Positions 20,087 through 31,165 are shown, counted from the first letter of the stretch. The stretch: 64,000 bases of DNA from an uncultured cyanobacterium (GCA_963765575.1 CAVXWZ010000001.1:288001-352000); one strand, 5' to 3'. Notes: generated from the sequence alone by a model not told the origin. Translations and numbers: made by a program.

Positions 20087-21136
20087 TCAGCCGTTTTGAT
20101 CGCCCAGGCGTTCGCCGGTCTGCACCCCTAGCTGCTGCAGCAGCGCCTGACCGGCGCAGGCCGAGCGGCCCGCCAGCTGGCCTGCGCGCAGCAGCAGCGG
20201 ACAGCCACCGGTGGCCAGCACCAACCCCACCCCCGGCTCCACTGCCAGCACCGTGCCGGGCGGCCCAGCCGAGCCGGCTGTTGGCCAGCCACGGCCGGCT
20301 GTTCCACGGCCGCAGAGGGCCGCGGCCTCGGGGCTGAGCTGATCGGCCAGCCGCTCCACCAGCGGCTCGCTGGCCAGCAGCCGCAGCCGCTGCTCCTGCC
20401 AGCTGGTGTGGGCGCCGGGATGGAGCCCCATCACCCGCCGGTGGATGGCCAGAGCGCTCTGACGCCAGTCGATGCGGAAATCGTCCTTGCCCAGCAGCCT
20501 TGCGTGGGTGAGGCCCTGCTCGCCCTGCCGCCGCACCCCCAGCCGTGCCAGCCGCTGCGCTTCCGGTCCGGGGCCCGCCGCCTCGATCCGCGGCAGGGCT
20601 TCCACGAGCAGCTCGGCGGTGAGGGTGGCCAGGCGCAGGGCCAGTTGGCCGGCGTTCTCCAGCAGTCCAATCGCAAGGGCCCGCTCCAGCAGCACCGGGC
20701 CGGTGTCGAGGCCAGGCTCCATCGCCATGATCCCCACTCCGGTCTGCTCGTCCCCCTCGATCAGGCTCCACTGGATCGGCGCCGCCCCCCGCCAGCGGGG
20801 CAGCAGGGAACCGTGGCCGTTCCAGCAGCCCAGCGGCGGCTGGGCCAGCACCTCCGGCGGCAGGATCTGGCCGAAGGCCACCACCACGGAGGTGTCGGCC
20901 CCCAGGGCGGCCAGCTGGGCCTGGGTGTGGGGCTCGCGGCGAATCCGCTCCGGTGTGACCACGGGCAGCCCCAGCTCCAGGGCGCGGGCCTTCACGGGGC
21001 TGGGCAGCAGCGCCTTGCCGCGCCCACGGCGGCGGTCGGGCTGGCTCACCACCCCCACCAGCTCATGGCCAGCGGCCACCAGGGCATCGAGGCTGGCCAC
21101 GGCGTAGGCCGGGGTGCCCCAGAACAGGATCTTCAT
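20087..21136 (-). CDS. fmt: Methionyl-tRNA formyltransferase
   Basis: MKILFWGTP, QPDRRRGRG, NGHGSLLPRWRGAAPIQW, GLDTGP. Confidence 0.96.
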   Translation of the reverse strand: MKILFWGTPAYAVASLDALVAAGHELVGVVSQPDRRRGRGKALLPSPVKARALELGLPVVTPERIRREPHTQAQLAALGADTSVVVAFGQILPPEVLAQPPLGCWNGHGSLLPRWRGAAPIQWSLIEGDEQTGVGIMAMEPGLDTGPVLLERALAIGLLENAGQLALRLATLTAELLVEALPRIEAAGPGPEAQRLARLGVRRQGEQGLTHARLLGKDDFRIDWRQSALAIHRRVMGLHPGAHTSWQEQRLRLLASEPLVERLADQLSPEAAALCGRGTAGRGWPTAGSAGPPGTVLAVEPGVGLVLATGGCPLLLRAGQLAGRSACAGQALLQQLGVQTGERLGDQNG

Positions 21137-21169
21137 GGCCCCGAGCCTGGGCGGCCCACCAGCCCCGGC

Positions 21170-22612
21170 TCAGGCATCCCCGGTGATCGACAGCCCCTCC
21201 ACCCACACGTGCGGGCAGAGGCCGTCGGGGGTGATCTGGGGCTCGCCCTCAAAGCCCACGATGGTGTTGAGCAGCTGGCGGATGTCGCCGGCCACGGTGG
21301 CCGCCTCGATCGAGCGCAGCTCGCCGCCGCGCACCAGCCAGCCATCGAAGGGCAGTGAGAAGCTCCCCTGGCTGGCCTTGACGCCGGCGTGCAGGGCCGA
21401 GAGCGAATCGATCACCACCACACCGGCCCCGTCGCTCTGGCCGGGCGCGCGGTGGTCGAGACCCTGCTGGCCGCCGTCGCTGCCGGGGGTGGGGCCCACC
21501 TCAAACCAGTCCGGGCTCACCGACACCTTGGCGCCCATGCCGGCGTGGCCGGTGGGCGCCACGCCGAAGGCCCGTGCCGTGGCCTCGGAGTGCAGGAAGT
21601 GGCGCAGCATGCCCGCCTCCACCAGGGCCAGCTTGTGGGTGGGGGTGCCTTCGCCGTCAAAGGCGGCGGCGCCGATGTTGCCCGCATGCAGGCCGTTGTC
21701 GTGGATCGAGAGGAACGGCACCGCCAGCGGCTGGCCGAGGGCATCGCGGTTGCTGAGGCTGACGCCATCGAGCACGGCACGGGCGTTGAACAGGCTGGAG
21801 AAGGCGCCGATCAGATCCAGGAACGCCTCCGGGGTGAACACGCAGCGGTAGCGGCCGGTGTCGATCGGGCCGTAGTCGAGGTGGCTGATGGTGCGCTCGG
21901 CCGCCTCGGCGACGCAACCGGCCACATCCAGATCGTCGACGCCGTAGGCCAGCCGCACGGCACCGGCGCTGCGCGGTTTGCGTCCCGTTTCCTCGGCCCG
22001 GGCGTAGAGATAGAGGCTGGCGGTGCTCAGGCGCTGCTGGCGGCAGGCTCCGGCGCTGTTGAGATACAGGCGTTCACTGCGGCGCTGGGCCAGGCCGTTG
22101 TAGGGCACGGTGCCGATGGCGGCATGGCGATCCAGCAGCTCGCGCTCGGCGCCCTGAAGCGTGTCCAGCAGTTGCAGGATCGGCTTTGAGGGCCGCAGTG
22201 GCTGCTCCAGCTGTGGCAGGGGCGCGGTGGCCAGGGGGGAGAAGGCCGGGGTGTCGTCGGGGTTGCCGAAGGAACTGGCGGCCCTGGCGCCCACCAGGGC
22301 TGTCTCCAGGCCGGCAGCGGAGAGGTCGGAGGTGCTGGTCACCCCCACCAGCCCCTCGCTGTTCCAGACGCGCACGGTGATGGCGCTGCGCTGGGCGCCC
22401 TTCATCTGCTTGGGTTCGCCCCGATCCACCTGCACCGCGGTGTCGGTGCTGCAGGAGGCGCCCAGATCCCACTGGCGGATGCCGTGGCGGTTGGCCAGTT
22501 GATCGAGGCTGTCGCGCAGGGCCGGGGCATCGAGGCCAGTGGCCGCCGTGGAGGACACCGTGCTCGCCTCGGTCACGGTGTTGCCCGTGCTCGTTGTCAG
22601 GTTTGCCGTCAT
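21170..22612 (-). CDS. pmbA: PmbA/TldE family protein
   Basis: FDGEGTPT, TGHA, GSFSLPFDG; directly follows tldD. Confidence 0.88.
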   Translation of the reverse strand: MTANLTTSTGNTVTEASTVSSTAATGLDAPALRDSLDQLANRHGIRQWDLGASCSTDTAVQVDRGEPKQMKGAQRSAITVRVWNSEGLVGVTSTSDLSAAGLETALVGARAASSFGNPDDTPAFSPLATAPLPQLEQPLRPSKPILQLLDTLQGAERELLDRHAAIGTVPYNGLAQRRSERLYLNSAGACRQQRLSTASLYLYARAEETGRKPRSAGAVRLAYGVDDLDVAGCVAEAAERTISHLDYGPIDTGRYRCVFTPEAFLDLIGAFSSLFNARAVLDGVSLSNRDALGQPLAVPFLSIHDNGLHAGNIGAAAFDGEGTPTHKLALVEAGMLRHFLHSEATARAFGVAPTGHAGMGAKVSVSPDWFEVGPTPGSDGGQQGLDHRAPGQSDGAGVVVIDSLSALHAGVKASQGSFSLPFDGWLVRGGELRSIEAATVAGDIRQLLNTIVGFEGEPQITPDGLCPHVWVEGLSITGDA

Positions 22613-22614
22613 GG

Positions 22615-24045
22615 TCAGCGCCCCCCCACGGTGATCGCATCCACCTTGATGTGGGGCTGGCCCACGGTGACGTTGATGCTGCCGCTCACCGAGCCGCAGA
22701 AGCCGGCGGCCAGGTCGAGGTCGTTGGCGCACATGGAGATGCGTGGCATCACCTCCTTGGCCTCGCCGATCAGGGTGGCGCCCTTGACGGGCCTGGTGAG
22801 CTGGCCGTTCTCGATCATGTAGCCCTCCTCCACGGCGAAGTTGAACTGGCCGGTGGGCCCCACACTGCCGCCCCCCATCGATTTGCAGTACAGCCCCCGG
22901 TCCACCGAGGCGATCAGCTCGTCGGGGCTGTGGGGACCGGCGGCGATGAAGGTGTTGCGCATGCGGCTGGCGGCGGCGAAGTTGTGGCTCTGGCGCCGGC
23001 CGCTGCCGGTGCGGGCGTGGCCAGTGCGCAGTTCGCCTGCCCGGTCGGAGAGAAAGCGCTGTAGCACGCCGTTCTCGATCAGCACGGTGCGCTGGGCCTC
23101 CATGCCCTCATCGTCCATCGACAGCGACCCGAAGGCCCCGTCGCTGAGGCCCTCGTCGATCGCCGTCACTGCCGGGTGGGCGATCGGCTCCCCCACCTTG
23201 TCGGTGAAGGGGGTGGTGCCGCGCTCCACCTGGGTGGTTTCCAGCAGGTGGCCGCAGGCCTCGTGGAAGATCACGCCGCCGAAGCGGTTGGCGAGCACCG
23301 CCGGCATCTGGCCGGCCTGCACATAGTCGGCGTAGAGCATGGTGCCGGCGCTCTCGCAGACCTCCCGGGCGCTGGCCTCCACGTCCCAGAGGCGCAGCTG
23401 GTCGGGGCGGTCTGAGCTGCCGTAGCGGCGGCCGATGCTGGAGCGGTGGTCGCCATCGGCGGCCAGCACACTCAGCCCCAGGGACTGGTGCAGACGCACG
23501 TCGCGGGCGAAGGTGCCGTCGCTGGCGGCCACCAACACTTCCTGCCAGTCGCGGGCGTAGCTGCCGCGGCGCACCTGCAGATGGCGGCCCACCTGCTCCA
23601 GCCGCCGGGTGCCCTCCAGCAGCTTGCCGGTGGCCTCGGCCAGGTCGGGGCAGCGGCCCAGCCAGTCGCCCTTGCCGCTGCCGTGGTCGTGCAGTGCCGG
23701 CAGGCCCTCGAAGTGGCTGGTCGCTGCCCGGCTGGGCTCCAGACCGAGCATGCCCAGGGCCTGCTCGAGGGCGGCCAGCAGGCCGCTTGCGCTGAGGTCA
23801 TTGGTGCTCACGAAGCCATCGCGCAGGCCCCGGAACACCCGTAGTCCGGCGCCCATGCCGAAGGCGGGGCTGACGCTGGTGATGCCGTCCTGTTCGGCCA
23901 GCACGCCGATGTGGTCAATGCGCTCCAGGAACACCTCCACCAGGTCAGCGCCGGCGGCGCGGCCGGCGGCCAGCAGGGTCTCCAGCCGGCTGCTCCAGCC
24001 GGCGTCGAGCTGGTGCAGGCGGGGCGGAGGCGCGGTGACGACCAT
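22615..24045 (-). CDS. tldD: TldD family metalloprotease
   Basis: [37 protein letters not shown]. Confidence 0.92.
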   Translation of the reverse strand: MVVTAPPPRLHQLDAGWSSRLETLLAAGRAAGADLVEVFLERIDHIGVLAEQDGITSVSPAFGMGAGLRVFRGLRDGFVSTNDLSASGLLAALEQALGMLGLEPSRAATSHFEGLPALHDHGSGKGDWLGRCPDLAEATGKLLEGTRRLEQVGRHLQVRRGSYARDWQEVLVAASDGTFARDVRLHQSLGLSVLAADGDHRSSIGRRYGSSDRPDQLRLWDVEASAREVCESAGTMLYADYVQAGQMPAVLANRFGGVIFHEACGHLLETTQVERGTTPFTDKVGEPIAHPAVTAIDEGLSDGAFGSLSMDDEGMEAQRTVLIENGVLQRFLSDRAGELRTGHARTGSGRRQSHNFAAASRMRNTFIAAGPHSPDELIASVDRGLYCKSMGGGSVGPTGQFNFAVEEGYMIENGQLTRPVKGATLIGEAKEVMPRISMCANDLDLAAGFCGSVSGSINVTVGQPHIKVDAITVGGR

Positions 24046-24153
24046 CGGGAGGGGACTGGGTGTGATGGTCCTAGCAAAAAGGGACCCTGGCCGGGCAAAA
24101 ACGTCCCCCGGCACCAGCGACGAGTCACGGCACAACCCAAGGGCCTCGGCATG

Positions 24154-24183
24154 AAAAAGGCCCCGGCCGATCTGGCTGGGGCC
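24154..24183 (-). terminator. Rho-independent terminator after acsF
   Basis: Minus strand GGCCCCAGCC-AGATC-GGCCGGGGCC-TTTTT. Confidence 0.75.
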
Positions 24184-24208
24184 CGCTGCAGGCGGCACTC
24201 AGGGCATG

Positions 24209-24256
24209 GCTCAGCGCACTGCTCAGCGCACCGATTCAGCGCATCGCTCAGCGAAC
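24209..24256. repeat. Four imperfect ~12-bp tandem repeats (GCTCAGCGCAC) at the acsF stop
   Basis: gctcagcgcact gctcagcgcacc gattcagcgcatc gctcagcgaac. Confidence 0.7.
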
Positions 24257-25366
24257 GGTGGGCTGGAAGTCCTCGCTGCGGATCGGCTTCATCAGAAACA
24301 GGGCCGCCATCTCCACGCCGTTGGCCAGCCAGAAGGGCAGCTTGCGGAAGGCCTTGAGCGGCGCCGGGGCGCTGCCCTGGTCGGCGGCGGTGAGCTGTTC
24401 ATTGTTGTGTACCAGGCGCTCCAGGCGCTCCCAGAAGCGGGGGTTGCGCACGTCGAGCACCACCGGGAACACCCGGGCGGAGGTCTCGTTGGTCTTCTCG
24501 ATCACCTCCTTGTCGTAGACCCGGGCGTCGAGGCCCAGGGCCTCATAGAACTCCTTGCGGGCCACGTCGCGCACGTACATGGTGGCGAACACGGCCAGCA
24601 GGAAGAAGCGGCACCACAGCCGGGCCCGCAGACCCCGCACGGTGTCGGGCTGGGCCTTCATCAGGGCATCGAAGAAGTCGCCGTGGCGGTTCTCGTCCTG
24701 GCACCAGTTCTCGAAGAAGTTGAAGATCGGGAAGATCTTGCTTTCGGGGTGCTGTTCCAGGTGGCGGTAGATGGCGATGTAGCGCCAGTAGCCGATCTTC
24801 TCGCTCAGGTAGGTGGCGTAGAAGATGAACTTGGGCTTGAAGAAGGTGTAGGCCTTGTTGGCGGTGAGGAAGCCGAGATCGAGCTGCAGCCCGAAATCGC
24901 CCATGGCCTTGTTGAGGAAGCCGGCATGGCGGGCCTCATCGCGGGCCATGTGGGCGAAACACTCAGCCAGCAGCGGGTTCTTGTCCTTGATGCGGCGGCT
25001 GAGCTCCTTGTAGAGCAGGAAGCCGGAGAACTCCGAGGTGCAGCTCTGCTCGAGGAATTCCACGAACACGCGCCGGGTTTCGGGATCGAGCTTCTCGGCG
25101 GCGCCATCGAACTCGGCGTTGCGCACGAAGTGGTGGCGGTTGTAGTCCTTGCGGAACTCTTCGCAGATGGCCTCCAGCTCGGCCTCATTGGGCCGCAGAT
25201 CCATCGCCGCCATGGCGGCGAAATCCGTGGTGTAGAAGCGGGGGGTGAGGATCGTGTCCCGCACCGGATCCTTGACGGCCGGCGCCTCGGGCGTGCCGAT
25301 CGGCTGGCCGGACGCGGCCGTGGGAGAGGCTGCGGTGTTGGAGGCGACTGCGGAGGGGGGCACCAT
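24248..25366 (-). CDS. acsF: Mg-protoporphyrin IX monomethyl ester aerobic oxidative cyclase
   Basis: [44 protein letters not shown]. Confidence 0.97.
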   Translation of the reverse strand: MVPPSAVASNTAASPTAASGQPIGTPEAPAVKDPVRDTILTPRFYTTDFAAMAAMDLRPNEAELEAICEEFRKDYNRHHFVRNAEFDGAAEKLDPETRRVFVEFLEQSCTSEFSGFLLYKELSRRIKDKNPLLAECFAHMARDEARHAGFLNKAMGDFGLQLDLGFLTANKAYTFFKPKFIFYATYLSEKIGYWRYIAIYRHLEQHPESKIFPIFNFFENWCQDENRHGDFFDALMKAQPDTVRGLRARLWCRFFLLAVFATMYVRDVARKEFYEALGLDARVYDKEVIEKTNETSARVFPVVLDVRNPRFWERLERLVHNNEQLTAADQGSAPAPLKAFRKLPFWLANGVEMAALFLMKPIRSEDFQPTVR

Positions 25367-25462
25367 CGAGGAGCAGCACGGAGCGATGCTGGCATCGTAA
25401 GGGCCCCGCGCCGGGGCGCGGTGGCGGATGTCGAGGGTCGCTGCAGTTTGTCGCAGCCGCCC

Positions 25463-25897
25463 TCAGTTGGGCCCGAGCCACTTCTGGCCGTTGAGTCGCT
25501 GCACCAGCCGGGACACCAGCAGCGCCTGGCTCATGCGCTTCTCGTCGGAGAGGAAGGGCTCCAGCACAGAGGGCTCGGCGCCCGGTTCAGCCAGGACGAT
25601 GGCCTTGGCCCCATTGATGCTTTCGGCGGTGAAGCAGAGCCAGAAGCGCCGCTGGCCGGGCAGCTGGCCGGCCACCATCCAGCAGTTGCCGCCAACGACC
25701 GGCATGGCGCCCTGCTCGAAGCGCAGCTCCGGCTCGGGCCCGCCGTAGCCGCGGATCTCCTTGGCCAGGGCTGGCAGCAGCGACTCCGGGATGAAGGTGG
25801 TGAAGGGCGCGTCCTCCGGGGCCGGGGGCTTGGCCGCTTTCGCCGGCTTGGCCGCAGCGGTGCCCGGAGGGGCGGGGGATGGGGTGGGATCGCTCAC
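25463..25897 (-). CDS. DUF2996-family protein (NdhV-like NDH-1 accessory subunit)
   Basis: RRFWLCF, EPFLSDEKR, QRLNGQKWL C-terminus. Confidence 0.8.
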   Translation of the reverse strand: MSDPTPSPAPPGTAAAKPAKAAKPPAPEDAPFTTFIPESLLPALAKEIRGYGGPEPELRFEQGAMPVVGGNCWMVAGQLPGQRRFWLCFTAESINGAKAIVLAEPGAEPSVLEPFLSDEKRMSQALLVSRLVQRLNGQKWLGPN

Positions 25898-25964
25898 CGG
25901 ACGCAGGCCCCGTTGAATGGCTGACGGGACTCTAGTCAGCCCCAGCAAGGCCCAGCCATGGCCC

Positions 25965-26516
25965 CTACCAGTCCTCGCCCGGGAGCTCTCCCCAGCCCTG
26001 GTCGAGATCGCTGCTCTCGGTCGCTGGGGCGGTGGCGGTGGTTGTGGCGGTAGCGGTGGGTGTGGTTGTGGCACCGCCGGCATGGACGCCGCTGCGGTCC
26101 GGGCGGCGGATCACCCGGTAGGCCACCGCCACGGTGGGGGCCGGTTCGCCGGGTTCGCGGCTGGGGCCGGCATCGGACCATCCCGGCGGCGGGGCCGGGG
26201 CCGGCCGAGGCGCGGCTTGGGGCGCTGCCGCTGGGGCCGGTGAGCGGCGTGGTTCCGGCTCGTCCCAAACGTCCCGGAACACCTGGCGCTGCAGGCTCGG
26301 CGCACCACTGCGCAGGGCCAGGGCCGTGGCCCCACCGCTGAGCAGGGCACCGCCGGCGGACGCCAGCAGCAGCCACACCCCCACGGGCAGCGGTGGCGAG
26401 GTCCAGATCAGCAGCCGCAGGCGCACCGCCGGCCGGGGATTGACCGCCCCAACCACCATCACGGCCAGCAACGGGGCCAGCAGGGGCAGCAACAGCAACC
26501 GGCGCAGCAGGCTCAA
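25965..26516 (-). CDS. Hypothetical membrane protein (two N-terminal TM segments, Pro-rich tail)
   Basis: NPRPAVRLRLLIWTSPPLPVG, PTVAVAYRVIRR; overlaps the ubiX stop. Confidence 0.75.
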   Translation of the reverse strand: MSLLRRLLLLPLLAPLLAVMVVGAVNPRPAVRLRLLIWTSPPLPVGVWLLLASAGGALLSGGATALALRSGAPSLQRQVFRDVWDEPEPRRSPAPAAAPQAAPRPAPAPPPGWSDAGPSREPGEPAPTVAVAYRVIRRPDRSGVHAGGATTTPTATATTTATAPATESSDLDQGWGELPGEDW

Positions 26517-27169
26517 GACTCGGGGTCAGCGGGGCCCGCGCCCGAGTCTGCATGCCGCACCGGACCCTGCCAACGCCGCAGCGACCCGAGGTCGTAGCCG
26601 AGCAGGTCGAACACCCGGATGACCAGGAAATCCACCATGTCCTCGATCGTGCGCGGCTGGTGATACCAGGCCGGCACGGGCGGGGCGATGCGCGCACCCG
26701 CCTCCGCCAGGGCGGTGAGGTTGCGCAGATGCACCAGGTTCCAGGGGGTCTCCCGGGGGCAGATCACCAGGGGCCGCGCCTCCTTGAGATGCACATCGGC
26801 CGCCCGTTCCACCAGGTCGAGGGCGACCCCGGTGGCGATCCGACCCACGGTGCCCATCGAGGCCGGCAGAATCACCATGCCGCGGGTGCGGTAGCTGCCG
26901 CTGGCGATGGCCGCCGCCTGGTCGTTCCAGCGCAGGCAGCGCAGCTGGCCGCCCTGGCAGCCGGTGCGATCGCGCCAGAAGCGTTCCTGGGCCTGGGGAT
27001 CTCCAGGCACCTGCACCCCCAGCTCGGCCTGCCAAACCGCGATCGCGCCACGGCTGGTCACCAGTTCCACCGCCTCGCCGGCCTCCAGCAGCAGCTGCAG
27101 GGCCCGCTGGGCGAGGGGCTGGGCCGAGGCCCCGGAGATGGCCAGCACCACCGGTGCGCCCTGGCTCAT
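26513..27169 (-). CDS. ubiX: Flavin prenyltransferase UbiX
   Basis: AISGASA, IASGS, PASMGT, RAADVHLKE, RETP. Confidence 0.93.
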   Translation of the reverse strand: MSQGAPVVLAISGASAQPLAQRALQLLLEAGEAVELVTSRGAIAVWQAELGVQVPGDPQAQERFWRDRTGCQGGQLRCLRWNDQAAAIASGSYRTRGMVILPASMGTVGRIATGVALDLVERAADVHLKEARPLVICPRETPWNLVHLRNLTALAEAGARIAPPVPAWYHQPRTIEDMVDFLVIRVFDLLGYDLGSLRRWQGPVRHADSGAGPADPES

Positions 27170-27186
27170 GGCGTCAGCCCCGCCAT

Positions 27187-29560
27187 TCAGACTTCGCTCA
27201 GCACGGGCACGGCCGCGAAGCTGTCCGGCTCGTGGTCGGCAAGCTCCGCCGAAGGCTTGGCCGACCGATCCGCCGACTTCTCAGTGGCGTCGTCTTGGTC
27301 CAGGCCGCCCTGGTCATCCAGCGACTCGACATCGGGCTGCACCACGGCCAGATCGATCTGGTGGCGCAGGGCATCCACCTTCTCGATCTCCACCTCCACG
27401 GAATCACCGAGCTTGTAGGTGCGACGGTTCTTGCGACCCACCAGGCGGTTCTGGCGGGAGCGGTACTCATACCAGTCGTCCTTGAGCGAGCTCACGTGCA
27501 CCAGCCCCTCCACGTTGGAGGGCGGCACTTCCACGAAGAAGCCGTAGCTCTGCACGCCGCTGATCACCCCGGGAAGCACCTGACCAACCAGCGGCTCGGC
27601 CTGGCGCGCCTGGGCCATGGCCAGCAGGTCGCTCTCCAGCTCGCTCTGGAAGCGACGCCTGCCGTTGAGGCGTTGCCCCAGTCCGTGCTCAAGGACCTGG
27701 CGCAGGGCGCCGAGTCTGTCGGCCTCCAGCAGCGGCCAGTCGATGGCGCCATGGCAGGCGGGCGAGGCCAGATCCAGGCTGGTCTTGTGGCGCGGGCTGG
27801 GCCGGTCCTTGCCCTCGCTGAGCAGCAGCACCAGCAGTTGCTGATTCCAGATGTCGGCGTAGTGCAGCGTCGGGCAGGTCCAGGGGGCGAGGGCGGCCAC
27901 CTCGCCCACCTGGCCGGCCACGGCGTGATCGCCGCGCTCGTCGCCCAGCTGCACGGGTGGCAAGACCGCGCACAGCTGCTGCTGCAGGGAGCGGCTGCGG
28001 CTGGAGGCTGCGAAAGCCGTCGCCAGCTCGGCGGCGCCGGCATGGCCCTCCTCGCCCAGTTCCAGGGGGATGTCCAGGGCCAGTGCCGCCTTGGCGACGT
28101 CGTTGAGCTGGCCGCTGTCGGCCACGGGGTTGACCGCGAACAGCGCCGGCAGCTCGAGCGCCGCCAGGTGCTCGCCCAGGGCGCGTTCGGCCAGCAGCAC
28201 CGCCTCGCGCAGGATGGCCGCCGGGTGCTCGGGCGGCAGGGCCTGCAGCCAGCCCTGCTGCGCCGGGCCGGGGGCCGGAACGCTGAGGTCGCCGAGGCTC
28301 TCGATGGGTGGCAGCGCCAGGTCGAGCTCGATCGAGCCAGCCTCCAGGCGCCGGCTGCGCAGCAGCTGGCCCAGGGCCACCAGCTGCTCCAGCTGCTCCA
28401 GCTGGCCTTTGAGAGGCTTGAGCACCGCCGGAATCGTGCGGCTTTTGGGTTTGCGCTCCACCAGGGCGGTGAGGGCGGCCGTACCGACGCTGGCCAATGG
28501 CTTGATCTGGCTGCGGCAGAAGCGATAGCCCTGCAGTCGGCCCTCAGCGTCGAGCTGCAGCGCCACCGACACGGCGGCCTGCTCCTGGCCGGCGGCGAAG
28601 GCGGCGGCTTTGCTCAGGGCCGGGCTGAGCAGGGGCAGCCAGCGGCGCCCCACGCACAGGGCATCGGCCTGCTCCCGCAACCACTGGTCGATGGTGCCGC
28701 CTGGGGCGAAGCGTTCCGCCACCGCCGGACTGTGCAGCCACAGGGTCCAGCCCCCGTCGCGGGCCTCCAGGGCCAGGGCCGGCAGCGCCGGTGCGCCTTC
28801 GCCGCTCCACAGCTCCGGCAGCAGGGCGGGCTGGGCCGTGAGGTCGTCCCGCGCCCCGGCGGCCAGGGTGCGGAGGCTGGAGCGGGGCACGGCCGCACGG
28901 CTGTTGAGACGGTGCTTGGTGAGCAGCAGTTCCAGGTCGGCGGCCTCGCCCCCGTTCACCGGCAAGCTCCGGGCCACATGGCCCTGGGGGCAGAACTGGG
29001 CCACGGGGTAGCGATCGATCAGCACCTCCACCACCGAGTTGTGCTCGGGGTCGAGATGCTCGGCGTCGGCGGCGGGCAACACCACGCTGGTGAGCAGCCG
29101 GTCGTCCAGCGGGGTGGCCAGCAGCTGCTCCTGCTGTTGCTCGATCTGGGCCAGCAGGGAGGGCGTCAGGCGTTCGAGGATGCACTGCACACCCCCCTCC
29201 GGGGAGCGCCTCCGGCCCCCCTCCCGGGTCACCTTGACCAGCACGCGATCGCCGTTCCAGGCGTGGTTGAGCTGGTGCTCGCGGATGTAGATGTCCTCGC
29301 CGCCGTCCTCGCGCAGGGCGAAGCAGAACCCCTTGCTGGAGCAGCGCAGACGGGCGGGGATCAGCTCGGTGCCGGCGCCGAGCTGGAGGCCCGCCTCGCT
29401 CTCCTCAACCAGGCCCAGCTTGCAGCAGCCCGTCCAGGGCGATGCGCAGGTGCTGCTTGTCGGCGTTCTGACTCAGCCCCAGGGCTTTCTCGAGCTTGGC
29501 GAGGGGCAGAGCTTCGTTGGACGGAAGCTGGTCGAGCAGATCGGCGACCGTGAACTTCAT
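27187..29560 (-). pseudogene. RNase R/RNB-family protein (Zam-like) with a +1 frameshift near 29425 (real or sequencing error)
   Basis: N-terminus MKFTVADLL continues after one extra base into RLRCSSKGFCF...NHAWNGDRV (cold-shock domain) and a C-terminal S1 domain (VQSYGFFVE, EGLVHVSSL). Span is 2374 nt = 3n+1. Confidence 0.88.
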
Positions 29561-29685
29561 GGGGTATCGGGTTGTTTGGCGGTGACCATCACGAACCGCT
29601 TGGGGGAGCATGCGGGGATGGCGAACGGGAACGGTGGGTCCGGGCTCGGAGCGATGCCCACGACCTGCCTGCTCCAATTGGCCTG

Positions 29686-29691
29686 ATTGTA
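29686..29691 (-). promoter_or_regulatory. Putative -10 element (TACAAT) of the RNB gene
   Basis: TACAAT on the minus strand about 125 nt upstream of the ATG. Confidence 0.35.
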
Positions 29692-29748
29692 TGCAGAGGC
29701 TCGTCGGGCCCGTTCCGCCGCCGGCCAGGCAACCGGCCGTGGCGGTGC

Positions 29749-30132
29749 TCAGGCCTGGCCCGAGTCGGCCTTGCCGGCCTCGGCCTGCTCGGGATCCAGG
29801 CCCGAATCCACTGCCGCATCCCCGGGGGATTCCCCTGCGGCCACCAGGGCGGCATCGGCCGCGGCAGCCCTGCGGATCAGGCGGATGCCCAGCACCAGGA
29901 AGCCAGCGGAGGCCGCCAGCTGGAGGGCATTGGTGGGGATCACCGCCGACAGGGATCCGCCCGCCGCTGCCCCCAGCAGGCTGGCCAGCACCAAGGCCAG
30001 TGAGCTGCCCGCGAACACGGCCACGGGGCGGTTTGAGGTGCCGCTGATGCTCACGATCGCCAACTGGGTCTTGTCGCCCAGTTCCGCCAGGAACACGGTG
30101 ACGAAGGTGGAGGCGAGCAGGCTGAAATCCAT
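29749..30132 (-). CDS. GDT1/TMEM165 (UPF0016) half-transporter
   Basis: FLAELGDKTQLA motif. Confidence 0.9.
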   Translation of the reverse strand: MDFSLLASTFVTVFLAELGDKTQLAIVSISGTSNRPVAVFAGSSLALVLASLLGAAAGGSLSAVIPTNALQLAASAGFLVLGIRLIRRAAAADAALVAAGESPGDAAVDSGLDPEQAEAGKADSGQA

Positions 30133-30160
30133 CAAGGCTCAGGCGGTGGGTGGGCTCGGC

Positions 30161-30577
30161 TCAGCCCAGGGGCAGATCGATCGTCGGGGCGTTCAGCTGC
30201 ACCACGGCCTGGCGGCCCAGCCAGAGGCTCAGGGCCACCATCAGCAGCCCGGCCAGCCGCTCCAGCTCGTGGGCCGGCAGCAACCGGGCCAGCCAGCGGC
30301 CCAGCAGCACCCCAACAAGACTGGAACTGATCAGGGCCAGCGAAGCGCCGATGAACACCAGCACCGGCCGACCCGACTGGGCGGACAGCAGCAGGGCCGC
30401 CAGCTGGGTCTTGTCCCCCAGTTCGGCCAGAAAGACGGTGGTGAAGGTGGTGAGCATGACGCCCAGAAAGGCCCCTGTTCCCGTTCCCGCCCCTGCTGCG
30501 CCCGCCTCGCTCGGGGCAGCCTGGGGCGCTTGTTCTGGACCGCCGGGCTGCGGGTTGCTGAGCTCCTCGCTGGTCAT
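30161..30577 (-). CDS. GDT1/TMEM165 (UPF0016) half-transporter
   Basis: FLAELGDKTQLA motif; tandem partner of the preceding gene. Confidence 0.9.
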   Translation of the reverse strand: MTSEELSNPQPGGPEQAPQAAPSEAGAAGAGTGTGAFLGVMLTTFTTVFLAELGDKTQLAALLLSAQSGRPVLVFIGASLALISSSLVGVLLGRWLARLLPAHELERLAGLLMVALSLWLGRQAVVQLNAPTIDLPLG

Positions 30578-30930
30578 GGTCGGCGAATCGCCCGCAGGAA
30601 TCGGCGCATCACCCTGCCACGCCCTCCGTACTCGCTGCGGATCTGCTGGGTGCAACAGGCGATCGCCAGGTCGTTGGCGGCCTGGCCTTCAGCACCGAAC
30701 AGCTGCATCAGGTTGCTCACCCGGCAGAAATCAGGCCGCCCGTCGTAGACGCGGCAGCGCCGGCCGCCGGTGTCGTAGTGGCGGCACCAGCCGTCGGCGC
30801 CCACCAGGTCCAGATAGCGCTCGCGCTGCTGGGGATCGAGCGCCTCCAGGGCCTCCTGGCGCAGGGCCGGATCCAGGCGGCAGCAGGCGCCGCAGCCGCT
30901 GATGCAGGTCCAGCTGGGGGCGGCGTTCAC
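30574..30930 (-). CDS. YkgJ-family cysteine-cluster protein
   Basis: [10 protein letters not shown]-x7[15 protein letters not shown]. Confidence 0.88.
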   Translation of the reverse strand: MNAAPSWTCISGCGACCRLDPALRQEALEALDPQQRERYLDLVGADGWCRHYDTGGRRCRVYDGRPDFCRVSNLMQLFGAEGQAANDLAIACCTQQIRSEYGGRGRVMRRFLRAIRRP

Positions 30931-31057
30931 GGGCTGGGGTTCAGGGCGGCGAAGGACGGGCGTGACAAGGGATCACAGAGCGGCGGCAGGGGCCAGCCAG
31001 AGAGCGAAGACCGCCGTATTGTGGCCGCCAGCGATTCGCTCCAGCGCACCGGCACCC

Positions 31058-31165
31058 ATGGGCATCGACATCAACCTGATCGCCAATTTCGCCGCCCTGG
31101 CCCTGATTACCCTGGCCGGGCCTGCTGTGATCTTCATTCTCTTTTACCGGCGCGGGGCTCTCTGA
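31058..31165 (+). CDS. psb30: Photosystem II subunit Psb30 (Ycf12)
   Basis: [35 protein letters not shown]. Confidence 0.92.
   Translation: MGIDINLIANFAALALITLAGPAVIFILFYRRGAL

Noticed and set aside
21170..24045. tldD/pmbA as part of a RiPP cluster
   Set aside because: No precursor peptide or YcaO enzyme is nearby, and the context is housekeeping.
29749..30577. Two short GDT1 genes as a broken gene
   Set aside because: Each has its own ELGDKTQ motif, start and stop; paired half-size UPF0016 genes are a normal arrangement.
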